64,000 nucleotides of DNA from Paraspadella gotoi (taxonomy: Eukaryota > Animalia > Chaetognatha), in assembly GCA_051294375.1 (NCBI GenBank), contig CM119265.1, positions 8,378,772-8,442,771 of the forward strand. Direction: 5' to 3'. Position 1 is the first letter of the stretch, and every line of letters begins with the position of its first letter. The notes under the pieces are model-generated. The model had not been told where the DNA came from, ran no database searches, and worked only from the letters and a program-made list of their open reading frames with translations. Both the position numbers and the translations under genes were made by a program. This document shows positions 1-10,750 of this stretch, in pieces.

Positions 1-43
1 AAAGTTGTAGCGAGTTACTTTTGTATAAGTTTAAGTTAGATGG

Positions 44-161
<118 letters not shown>

Positions 162-1924
162 TCTGCGACAGCAAAATAAATAAAGTTAATATCGAAGGAT
201 TTAGACCTGGATTTCGTCTCCCTCTAGTTAGTGACTTTTATTTCAATTTATGCCTCTTCGTCGATCCTTTTCTCGATAATCCAGCCAACCCCCACTCCCT
301 CAGTCTCTAAAACCAGATACTGCTCTTTTTAAGACATCTGTATTTCTTTACGATATCCTGACTCTACAAGTCGACTCCTTCCATTCAGATGACTGCCCTG
401 CCGCTTCCCAAAACCCGGTTTAATTTGCCCGGCCTTCCACTTCGGCCCTTTCACCACCAGGTCTTTTTTTTCTGAAACCGTCCCGGTGATGAAATTTCAT
501 ATTATAGCCCTACATTCTTCTCACCCTTTCTCAAATCGATTCACTGCAAAGTCCTCACCTTTTCTTTTACCCCCAAACTTTTCTCACCGGATCTCACAAA
601 CCCACTTCTCCAAACGATGCGAAGATAGCGGAAGAAGTTCTTCGATTCACAATGCGGCGGCTGCGTCTGCTGCGGCGGCTGCGTCTGCTGCAGTGGATGC
701 GGCTTCGTCGGCGTTCGCGAGACTTTTATAGCCGGACGCGCCCGTCCGCGCGTAACGTACGACTCCCTGCCGATCGTACATCGTCATCATTATCGTGATA
801 ATCGTCGTTGACGTCTTGGTTATCGCTATCGTCGTTGTCGGCGTCATCATAGAGGCTGTCGTTGTTGTCCACGCATTGATTTAAATTAGGAACGACAAAT
901 TGGACGGATCACCTCGAGTAATTCATTAGTCATTGAACCAAGGAACGAAGGAACCGGCGAAAGTAGAAACGAATGAACGAAAGAACGAACAAACGATCGG
1001 TTAAAAATTAATTTATTCATGATATTGTACTAGAAATAAAAGGATTATAAATAACTAGGTACTTATAAATAATCAATGACCTTAGAATGTAGTAATACAA
1101 AAGAAATAACGAAAAAGCGACTCATCTAACGAGTGGAATAGGCGAATCAACGTACGCACGAAAAAAAAGAACGAAGGACCCAAGACACTTGCGAACGACT
1201 GCCTAAACTCAAATGAGTCAAATGAAACCGCGGCATTCCACTGCAACAATAAAACTGGCACGGCGCAATATCAGATTAATAAATCATCGCAACAATGACC
1301 CGCGATTGACCCTCTCGGGCCTCTCGTGCCGACGGTGACGAACGAGAAAAACCGACAAAATGGATGACCGAAGGCTTCGACGTCTTCTATCGACGATTCT
1401 TCGTTTTCTCATTCGCTCGTTCCTGTCTCGAGAACAAAGTCAATTTTCTAGGGCGGGTTGGGGTTGAGCGGCGTGCTCGTGAAGGTCGAGGCCGGCGATG
1501 GGGCTGGGGTTTAGAAAATGAGTAAAAATTCGAAACTTTTTTTAGGGATGTTAATCATGACACGGTACACATTAACTGAGAACAAAATACATCAAGCGTA
1601 ATTAATAAACCAACATTTTATTGACTATTTTGTGGTTATGTATAGAAACTTAGTTCCTCAATACAGCATGTTTTGAAGTTGTTCCAAATTCATTTGGTTG
1701 ATCTGATAAGAGACACGTGATTGGCTGAGTTAAAAACCATTTTTTTCCTTCTGAATTTCATTCCCGAGAAGGTTCTTTTCGAAAATCCCCGGGAAAAGAA
1801 AAATTCAACGAGCCGTCTGAGTGACGAAGGAAATTAAAATACAGTACACTAAAATAATAATAACTAAACTTGATTATCAAAATGTAATATACAGCAAAAC
1901 TTTTCGTCACAATTGTCTCCCTAG

Positions 1925-2835
1925 GCTTTCTAAAAATTTTTCATTAAGTCTGGGAAATATCTACGACGACGACAGTTTATTCATCAACCAACTCTTTCGA
2001 CAGCCTTGCGGAGACTCCAGCCCGACTCAAACACAATACACGTGTGGGGACCCAAGCCTTCGTCGACGCCGGCTGCGTCGTCCGCAATTGGGAGACTACG
2101 ACGAACCGCAGCAGATTCTACGACGCCGACGCCGTCTGGTTCCATATGCGCCATTTGCATCTCACTCGGGGGGGCCCAGAAACGGATCATTGATCTTGGG
2201 CTACGACTTGCCCGCGTACAAGTTGCCTCACCAACGCTTGGTTTATTTTCAGCAGGAATCGCCTTTTATACTTACCCTCCTTTGCGTCTCTTCGATGGCC
2301 TCTTCAACTGGACGATGACTTATTTAAAAGACATCGACTTTCCTGTCCCCCACGGGATGGTTGGTCAAAGGCCGAGTCGCGATCGCTTCGCAGCACGACG
2401 GGTGCACATCAACTACGCAGAGAATAAGACCAAACTCGTGGCATGGTTTGTCTCTCATTGTCACACAAAGAGTCGACGCGAAGTCTACGTGGAGAAGCTT
2501 CGTCGTTACATAGACGTGGACATTTACGGCCACTGCGGGCCCCTGAAATGCCCGTGATCGAATTCGGCCGGTTCACTTCCCTGTTACGATCTCCTCACGC
2601 GCAAATATAAATTCTAAAACTTAAATTAAATCAATTATAAAATTATAAAACTCCATCTGTCGGGAAAACTCGTCATTTAAGTTCTGGAAGGTGCTGGAAG
2701 CCTCGACGGCGGTGCCGGTCGTGAGAGGCGGCGCCGACTACAAGGCCGACGGGCCGCCCCACTAGTTCGTCGACGCCAACGACCTCACCCCGAAGAAATT
2801 GGCGAAGTCGCTGAAGGCGATCGCAGCCGACGATG

Positions 2836-2868
<33 letters not shown>

Positions 2869-3123
2869 CACGCCTGAAGAAAGGATTATTACGTCGAGGC
2901 GAGTTGGACGCGGCTCAACGGACAGGGGTTTTGCAAAATGTGCGCCGCTTTGAATGACGAGAGTTCGCCCAAGAAGTTTTATCCCTGGTTGGGGGAATTT
3001 TGGTCGCGGGAAAAAGATTGTTTGCTTTATATTAATCCAAATATGTGGAGTAGGAGCCGGAGACAGAGCCTGAGAAAAAAAACAAAACAAGGAGCAGCAA
3101 CTCTGAGATGTTGCGTCGAATAA
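1925..3123 (+). pseudogene. Alpha-1,3-fucosyltransferase (glycosyltransferase family 10) pseudogene, apparently without introns in the catalytic region
   Basis: GT10 motifs appear in the correct order across several frames: FVDAGCVVRNWETTTNRSRFYDADAVWFHMRH; DLPAYKLPHQRLVYFQQESP; FNWTMTYLKDIDFPVPHG; LVAWFVSHCHTKSRREVYVEKLRRYIDVDIYGHCGPLKCP; CYDLLTRKYKF; NSICRE..KFWKVLEASTAVPVVRGGADYK...PPH*FVDANDLTPKKLAKSLK; CKMCAALN...WSREKDC. Disablements: frameshifts, TGA at 2555, TAG at 2763, AT-rich disruption of the YKFYLxFENS motif (~2615-2648) and a (TTAC)8 insertion. Confidence 0.9.
2837..2868. repeat. (TTAC)8 microsatellite inside the fucosyltransferase pseudogene
   Basis: Eight perfect TTAC units interrupt the C-terminal GT10 region just after ...AADDAY. 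Confidence 0.95.
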
Positions 3124-3898
3124 ACCGAATCTTCACGAAATTGCATCTTAGTGTGATCACTTGAATTTATGGGAGAGTACTACCTACTAACCTAACTATG
3201 AATTTATTAATGTATGACGTGAGTTATATGTCTTTGAGTTTCTGGTTACATCATTGCATTTTGTGTTCTTCCTGTGACTACAATGGCTATGTGTGTGTTC
3301 CGTTTGTCGTTCTCTATGTTGTGTACTGTCCTTTCAAACATTTCATTTCCTTTGGACATGAGAGAGAGAGAGAGATAGAGAGAGNNNNNNNNNNAGAGAG
3401 AGAGAGAGAGAAATGATTAGAATATCCCGAAAATGTTTTCAAATCGATTCTTCAAAAAGCATTTACGATGCAAAATAACGATGAACAATCCTACATATTG
3501 GTTACGTGTCAATCATCCGGACCACTTGACGACCCCAGTCCAAAGTTCCGTCGTCGACCGTCAACCGTCAAACGTCAATCGTAATCGCGTCGACAAAAGA
3601 ACAAAAAGACAACGCGAACCCTTTACGGCGCCCGCCGACCCTCTCATCTCGCCGGCTCTTTACGATTCGGCGCGCGGAAGTTACCAGGCAATCGCAATAA
3701 AAGATGGTTTCTGCGAGCCAGTCCCTCGCTAACCCACACAGGCCGATAATCGCAATAAAAGGTTATTCTTGTAAGGCCGACCCACCACGACCTCGCGATT
3801 TGGGAGGCGAGGACACCTTGGGTCATAAAACCAAGCTTTCTCTGATACAATCCTCTCTCTATCGCTATCTTTATTTCTCTTTTATTTCCTCTCCTTCT

Positions 3899-4042
<144 letters not shown>

Positions 4043-4396
4043 CCGGGCGTTTTATGGCTTCCCCGAAGAAGAGACGGGACTCCAATAGAAGCGCTATATC
4101 GCGTAAAGCCTTCAATATCGTCGTCAAAGATGGCACATAACCCTGGGCGCCTTATCGTTATAAATCCTCGTTTGTAATCTGCCGTTCGTACTGATTCTCG
4201 CGGTAATAAGGAAGACAGAGAAACTCAATATAAATTAAGGCAAGATCATTGTATGCAATAACTAAGTTATATAAAACGTAGAGGTACGAATGAGAGAGAG
4301 AGAGATTGAAACGGAAGAGAGGAGGGAGGGAGACGACGATAGGAGAAGACTTGCGAAGAGAGAGAGAGAGGAGAGAAGAGAGAGGAGAGAGAGGAA

Positions 4397-4428
<32 letters not shown>

Positions 4429-5519
4429 AGAGAGAGAGAAAGAGAAGAGAGAGAGGAGAAGAAAGAGAGAGAGAGAGAGAGAGATCATGATGCTAGGGAG
4501 TGACTCGCGTAGAGTTCGCAGGGTGAGCTTCCGGAGAGGACATGAGGAGAGTAGCAAGGACGAATGAGAATAGAGAATGAAGGAACGAGCGAGGGCGAGA
4601 GACGGTTGATATCGTATTGGGGAACAGACGATGCGATAAGAAACGTGAGAGAGACGGAAGGAGAAGGCGCAGGAGAAAGAGGGAGCGAGTGGGAGGGAGT
4701 GAATCGAGAGGATGGAGAGATTCCGATCGTGAGAAGAGAGCGGTAGATAGGAGAACGTGAGAGAGGAGCGGAATATGATGATAAGGAGAGAGATCAGGGG
4801 AAGAGGAAGAGAGTACGAGGAAAAAGGGGAGAGACTTGGAGATTAGAAGTGCCGTCCGAAGAGTACGAGTAATGAGACCCTTGAAGGACCTATACGTCAG
4901 AAGAGCTGAGATGAAGCGCTACCTCAGTGCGAGTGATGTGAGAGAGGATGAAGAAGAGAAGAGAAGAGAGGAGATAACCATGGTGACACTTTGAAAATCA
5001 GGGACTAGTCATCGCCTGCGCACAGAGAATGGAGGAGAGAGATGAGAACGGATGGATTTAGAGAGAGAGGAGAAAGAGAGGAGAGAGAGGGAGAGATAGA
5101 GAGAGAGGAGAACTGAAGAGGAGAGAGAGAGAGAGAGAGAGACTTTCTCTCAGAGCCCGACCAAAGTCTCTCGCGTCTGTCTCAACATCCTGATCCAAAG
5201 ACTTTGGGTCTTAGGGAATTTTATCCTCGGCCACAGTTTCCCTTTTTTTTTCTCCTTTATTTACTCTTTTCTCTTTTATTGTTTTTTTTTTCTTCTTTTT
5301 TTTTCTCTAAAGAATTTCTTTTGATGATTTAATAAAATGGTTGTTTGTGATCCTTGAATGGTAGGAATAAGCGCAGAAGGATCAAAAAGCTGCAAAAGTC
5401 AACCTGGTTTTGTTGTTATCGTATGAGTTCAATATTTCACTTTTAATGACTGAATAAATATATTTTAGCAATTGAATTATTCTATTATCGTCAATCTCGC
5501 CACTGTGGCTCATTAGAAA

Positions 5520-5568
5520 GAAAAAAAGAAAGAAAGAAAGAAGGAAAGAAAGAAAGAAAGAAAGAAAG
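5520..5568. repeat. (GAAA)n microsatellite
   Basis: Near-perfect GAAA tetranucleotide run. Confidence 0.9.
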
Positions 5569-8039
5569 ATGACATCGGATACTGAGCGCCTACAGCAATA
5601 GCCAATAGAGAAAAAGATTTAAGAATGAGATAAAGAAAAATGAAACACTTTTCCATCGGATAAATTTAAAGAAAGAGCGAAAACTAAAACATTCGAAGAT
5701 TGAGGAGGATGATCGTGAAAAAACTTTAAGATGAAATTTAAGTTTGTGAGGTGAAACAGGAGAGACGCCTTTAGTAATCTAATACGACTCCACTGTTGAC
5801 AAGTCTATTTGAAATTTTAATGGTTTTTTTTTTTTAGCTTTAATTGTTATTTTTTTCGAATCGGATAAGAATTACATATTGAGTTTTATTATACAAAATA
5901 GTCAATACGCTTGACTAATACATTAGGTAAAAAATAAGAAAAAAAAATGAACCGACGATTCATGTAAAACCAATCGACCAATCGACCGACCCATCATATT
6001 ACGGAACAAAAGAAAAGACAAATAATCGAGCGAACGAAGGAACTAAAGAACGATTTTTATTTCACATTTGAATTCAAACCAAAAATTCAAATTGAATTTT
6101 ATCATCCAGCGTCGACCCAGTTTCGACCAAAAAAGGTCGAATTCCTTTTCGCTGATTCGACGGAGAAAAAAAAATGACTCGCAGTTGCGATGCGGCGCTC
6201 GAACCGATCTCTACTATTACTCTACTATTAGTAGATTTACTAATAGTTACTACTCCAAGCCAGGCATGGAAATTAATGTCTATTTAACGAACAACCAACT
6301 AACATGCAAAAAATTAAAAAAACAATGACCTTGGTCTTTTGAGTTTGAACGACCCATTGACAGGCCCGAGCCAAAAGGGGCGTAAGAGAGGCGCGTGGCC
6401 GCATTCTAAAATTTAAACGAACTAAAAAAACTTTTTTAAAAGAGGGGATGGGAGAGAAGGGGAAAAGGTAAGAACGATAAAGAGAGGCGGGATTAGCGGA
6501 AAATGAAGTTAGTGACTGGGGTCCTTGGATGTGGGGCTGCGAGGGTGTTTTAAGTTTTAACAAAAGGCAAAGGTTAAATACAGACACAGTTTAAACAGAA
6601 GGGGAAAATTAGGGAAGTGATACGAAAAATTGCAAAAATTTAGTATTGGGAGAGATTAGTTGCGTTTAATTTCAAAGAATTGCCTTTAAAAAAAAGGAAG
6701 CCAAGAAAGCGTTAAAGTAAATCTTCATGTGGAATAACTATTTAATTTTAGACTATATCGGGGAAATATAATATGAAACTCCTTGTATCGGAGATCAACT
6801 TCCTTAGAAATTGGGTTTTCTTCTGAAGCGCCTTACCAAACGGCCTCATAGCCTCTTTTCTATGTTTTTTCTTTCTCTTTCTCTGTTATTTCGACTGTGC
6901 GTTAGACTAGAACAACATTGAAAGAGCAACGAAAAAGAAATTACAGATAAACTGAAGAGAAGGAAGAGAAAGAAAACATGAAGCGGAAAGTGGATCCTCA
7001 TTCCTCAAAGAAAAAGGGGTAACTCTCTCTCTCTCTCTCTCTCCTTCTTCTCTTTTCTCTCTCCTCTCCTCTCGTCGTCTGCTCCTCTCTCTCTCTCTCT
7101 CCTCTTGCTCTCTCTCTGTCGTTCGGGCGATTCGATCCACATTTTCTTCCTGAGATGCTTTTTTTTTTCACTTCGCTGTCCAGTTGATCATTTGTTTTCA
7201 ATTTTCTTCCTTCATCTGCCCGGGGCAGAGTCGGATGTGAATTCGGTCGGGGCCAAACTGGGAAGTGGGAACACAACCGTGTTCTTTCTTCCTATACCTT
7301 GATTAAACTAAAACAGGTATAAGGTTCAACGTTTTAACGAGAGCTAAATATACAATTAAAATAGATTTTACAATTTTTTTTAACAATGGCGAAATAATCT
7401 TTGATATATTCTATGCTACAATTGACCAAGGATCATTTAATTAATTAATATCCACGACAGAAAAAACTCGGCTGACGGACGCTACTTTGAAAACGTAAAA
7501 ATACTTTTTCGATGGTCTTCTGTAGCTATTTTCTTGGAATAAAAAAAAACTGAGCTACTTAATTTCGATACGTCAATAAATTTCCTAACTTTTTTTTCTC
7601 GGGATTTACTTGAATTTTTAAAATTCTGGCGGAGTTTAGAGTAATTATCAAATAAATGAAATAAAAAGATTTAAGTAAATTCATTTTTAATCTTATTCAC
7701 GGTGACGCTCTTCACAATAACCGTCGTCCACTTACTAGTGCTTTTATACTGTACTTTACGCTGTTTTTCTTCCTAACGCAAACAAGCTTTCCGATCACTA
7801 GGCAACCGATCAACACTCAACAACATCTTTACCCGCGAAGAAGTCGTTAAGCTCCTCTTTTTTTTTTTTTTCGTCAATCTTTTTTTTTTTATCTTTTTAA
7901 TTTTTGTCAAGTTCGGACGCCGGAAAACCAATTCAAAGGTAAATCGAGGTTGTTCTAAAAATAATAATATCTTTTTTAGCGGAAAGGGGTAAAAGGATAT
8001 TGGACGGGAACTTATTCTTATCCTTTTTAATTACTACAG

Positions 8040-8261
8040 ATGGCGATGAAATTTTTGATCTTTTCTCTCGTGGTGGTGGCTCTCCTCTTCGCCAGCGTTG
8101 ACGCTGATCCCTCGGGCTCAGGCTCGGGCTCCAAAAGCGGCAGCGGCAGCAAAAGCGGCAGCAAAAGCGGCAGCGGCAGCGGTGCTGAGATGGTTTCCGC
8201 GCAGTTCGTTCCATTCTTCCTTGCCGGAGCAATCCTCAAACTCGTTCTTGAGCGGCTCTGA
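8040..8261 (+). CDS. Small secreted Ser/Gly/Lys-repeat peptide with a C-terminal hydrophobic tail (putative tiny GPI-anchored glycopeptide or peptide precursor), 73 aa
   Basis: MAMKFLIFSLVVVALLFASVDA is a typical signal peptide ending in V-D-A. It is followed by DPSGSGSGSKSGSGSKSGSKSGSGSGA, a short polar spacer and FVPFFLAGAILKLVLERL*. The ORF is a GC-rich island in AT-rich flanks. A pyrimidine tract plus CAG ends at 8039, directly before the ATG; a candidate donor AAG|GTAAAT lies at 7939; AATAAA is near 8409. Confidence 0.7.
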   Translation: MAMKFLIFSLVVVALLFASVDADPSGSGSGSKSGSGSKSGSKSGSGSGAEMVSAQFVPFFLAGAILKLVLERL

Positions 8262-9535
8262 AGGCGCAGCTATTGGAATTAGTCTCGATGGGGCGCAGCA
8301 GTCTATGGGGCTGAGCAGAAAATTACTACCGATGCAGAGAATCTTTGGGAAAAATGATCTTATCGCTGAATTGATGAAATGAAACTACAACTTTTTTTTT
8401 CTTAGGAAAATAAAAAAACTGTGGGAAATTATTTCGAGTATTGAGTTTAGCAATAGGTTTTAGGCAAGTCTAGACAAGTCTCCTCAATAACAAAAGGAAA
8501 TTTTTGGAAAAAACTACGGATTTTTTATTTTGAAAAAAGGCGAAAAGTGCGAAATTTGCCTTTGTCAACGACTATCTAAGTAAAGTTTGTCCGCCCAACG
8601 GTCGGTCGGGCGATCGGTCGGTCGGTCAGTTTGATGCGAAAAACCGACATATCATTTCGTCTTCATATTGAACTTTCTCTTTTCGGATTAATATATTGAC
8701 CATGTCTGCAAAAGAGATCGAATACCCCTCTATTTGATTACAAGAAGCTTTAGTTATTGTTTTACTGTTGATCCGTTAAGATTCAGGGACATTTATGTTA
8801 CTAATGGTTTTTGCGGAAATGATCTTCGACCTCAACTAACGTTTTTTTCTCGCGGATAAGCGGATTTACGCTGAAAACTGCATAAAACGAAAAAAGAGCT
8901 AGGGTATCGCCGATTTTCGCCCTACGCCTCTATTTTTCGCCCGAATGTTTTGTATGTGCTTCGTCATGTGCTCTGTTTTAACAGAACGATCTGGAGTTGA
9001 CCGATACCGTAAAAGATTTTGTATTTATGAAACTAAAGTTTCAAATTTGTGATGTAACTATTTTTAGAATGAAATTGTTCGCACAATTCTTTCTCGCTTT
9101 TTTTTCTTTTTGAACTCGATTAGTTAACAAAATAGTATGAGCTGAAATAAATTTAAATTTGAGAGAGAGAGAGAGAGATAAATGCAGTTAAACTAAAAAA
9201 AAAGAAATAAGAAGAAATAAACCAGAGTGCCAAACCAGAAATAAGGGAAAAAAATGGAACGGAAGGAACTTTTTTAATTTCGGCTCCACTCACCTTAGGT
9301 CGTCGTTCGATATTATAGTCACGCCTAAGAATTCGTGTCAAATATCAAACTGAGGACATAAATTTAAATTTCAACACAAAAAGCAAACATAACCAGAACA
9401 ATTTCGTGAAGTTGTTCATCGTTTTGCGTTGCTCACGAGCGCTCGCGGACCTACCGGGTCACTTTTCAACTTAAAGAATAAGTAAAAAAATAAATTGAAG
9501 AGACAGTTAAGCGCCCCGTCCCTCTTAACTGCCAG

Positions 9536-9607
9536 ACGACCACCGGGCTAGAACCCCGGACCTTTGGGTTGGGAGGCGAATGACTTGCCTCCGGCACCAA
9601 TGGCCGC
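9536..9607 (-). other. tRNA-like 72-nt segment within the 3' LTR (Pol III A/B-box-like)
   Basis: Minus strand: GCGGCCA...TGGTCGT forms a 7-bp acceptor-like stem (with G-U pairs); CCGGG-GTTCTAG-CCCGG forms a T-arm; B-box-like GGTTCTAGCCC; loose A-box TGGTGCCGGAGG; CTCCCAA anticodon-loop-like segment on a poorly paired stem, so not a functional tRNA. Confidence 0.75.
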
Positions 9608-9960
9608 TGACGAACGGTTGGTGGATTTTAGTCCACCATACATCCCCCCTTCCCGTAGGGAGAAGTCTGTTGCGTCTCTTCAGTGAATTGTTGTTGTTGT
9701 TGGTGGAAAGTTGGTCACCAAGTTGAGGCATGTCGCCTGATGTGTTGTGGGCGGAAAGTGCATCGCCAGGTTGAGGCATGTCGCCTGAAAGTGTTGTTGT
9801 TGCTGTTGTGTTCGGAAGTCGGGCTCACCAATGAAGAGACAGTAATTATTAATATGTGTTAGTGACAGAACCGTTCAATATAAGCAGTCCCTGAGCTTCG
9901 GATCAGGCTGTAACACCATGTTACAGGCGGGTTAAGCGCCCCGTCCTTCTTAACTGCCAG

Positions 9961-10032
9961 ACGACCACCGGGCTAGAACCCCGGACCTTTGGGTTGGGAG
10001 GGGAATGACTTGCCTCCGGCACCAATGGCCAC
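9961..10032 (-). other. tRNA-like 72-nt segment within the 5' LTR
   Basis: Second copy of the 9536-9607 segment (GTGGCCA...TGGTCGT acceptor-like stem, same T-arm and B box). Confidence 0.75.
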
Positions 10033-10622
10033 TGATGAACGTTTGGTGGATTTTAGTCTACCATAAAATTATACATCTTTATCGTTATAAGTTGGTACTT
10101 CCATAATGCTTTTACAAATTAGTAATATTCCGCCGGATTAAGCTGATCAAATAGTTCAGTGTTTTTACAAAAACAACAATACTCAGTATTTTAAAATTAT
10201 CTCTTAATTATTATTTTTGTTATTACAACTTCATATCACTGCTTCTTTCTTGATGATCATCTTAGAGAAATGCATGAACGAGAAGCATCTGATCATTCAA
10301 TATATCTGTGTCAAGTATTAAGCAAATTTGACATAAAAAATCTTGTTTACAAAGTAGAGAGTTTTTTAATTTTCTTTTAACAACGATATATTTTTAATTC
10401 GGACATGTTTCGGTTCTTATTCGAACCTTCATCAGCTCAAGTTTGTTTGTTGAAAAAGAAAGGAAATTAAACAAACATACAAAATCGAAATAAAAGAATT
10501 TTTTGATTTTTCTTGAAAATTTTTTCACGGTGGACGGAGGTAGGTGCTACGGTTACTCAGGTAATGAGGTCTTGGCTGCGAAAGAGTGATAAGCGAGAAA
10601 GAGAGAGAGAAAGAGCGAGAGA

Positions 10623-10750
<128 letters not shown>

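Larger units (their letters stand above)
9496..10067 (-). mobile_element. Non-autonomous miniature LTR retrotransposon (TRIM) with tRNA-derived LTRs (Helenus-like)
   Basis: Two direct repeats, 9832-10067 (5' LTR on minus) and 9496-9642 (3' LTR, lacking an internal 89 bp), differ at about 7 positions over the shared part. On the minus strand the 3' LTR runs TGTATGG...TGTCTCTTCA. PBS TGGTGAGCCCGAC (9818-9830) lies 1 nt after the 5' LTR, and PPT GGGAAGGGGGGA (9643-9654) abuts the 3' LTR. Tentative 4-bp TSD AAAT. No recognisable coding capacity. Confidence 0.85.

Noticed and set aside
486-870. Short Ala-rich and Asp/Thr-rich ORFs and a TATAAAA motif on the minus strand
   Set aside because: Low-complexity triplet repeats with no supporting start, splice or homology evidence.
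4500-5140. Purine-rich ORFs and unusual GA-rich scrambled sequence
   Set aside because: It looks like an error-prone read through a degenerate AG microsatellite, with no interpretable biology.
9536-10032. Two functional tRNA-Gly(CCC) genes
   Set aside because: The anticodon stem is largely unpaired, the D-arm is irregular and the T-loop register is shifted; both copies sit inside LTRs.
9600-10045. Hammerhead ribozyme or Penelope pseudo-LTR (CTGACGA/CTGATGA in both repeats)
   Set aside because: There is no downstream GAAA-stem III-NUH core, and the PBS, PPT and TG...CA ends explain the repeats as true LTRs.
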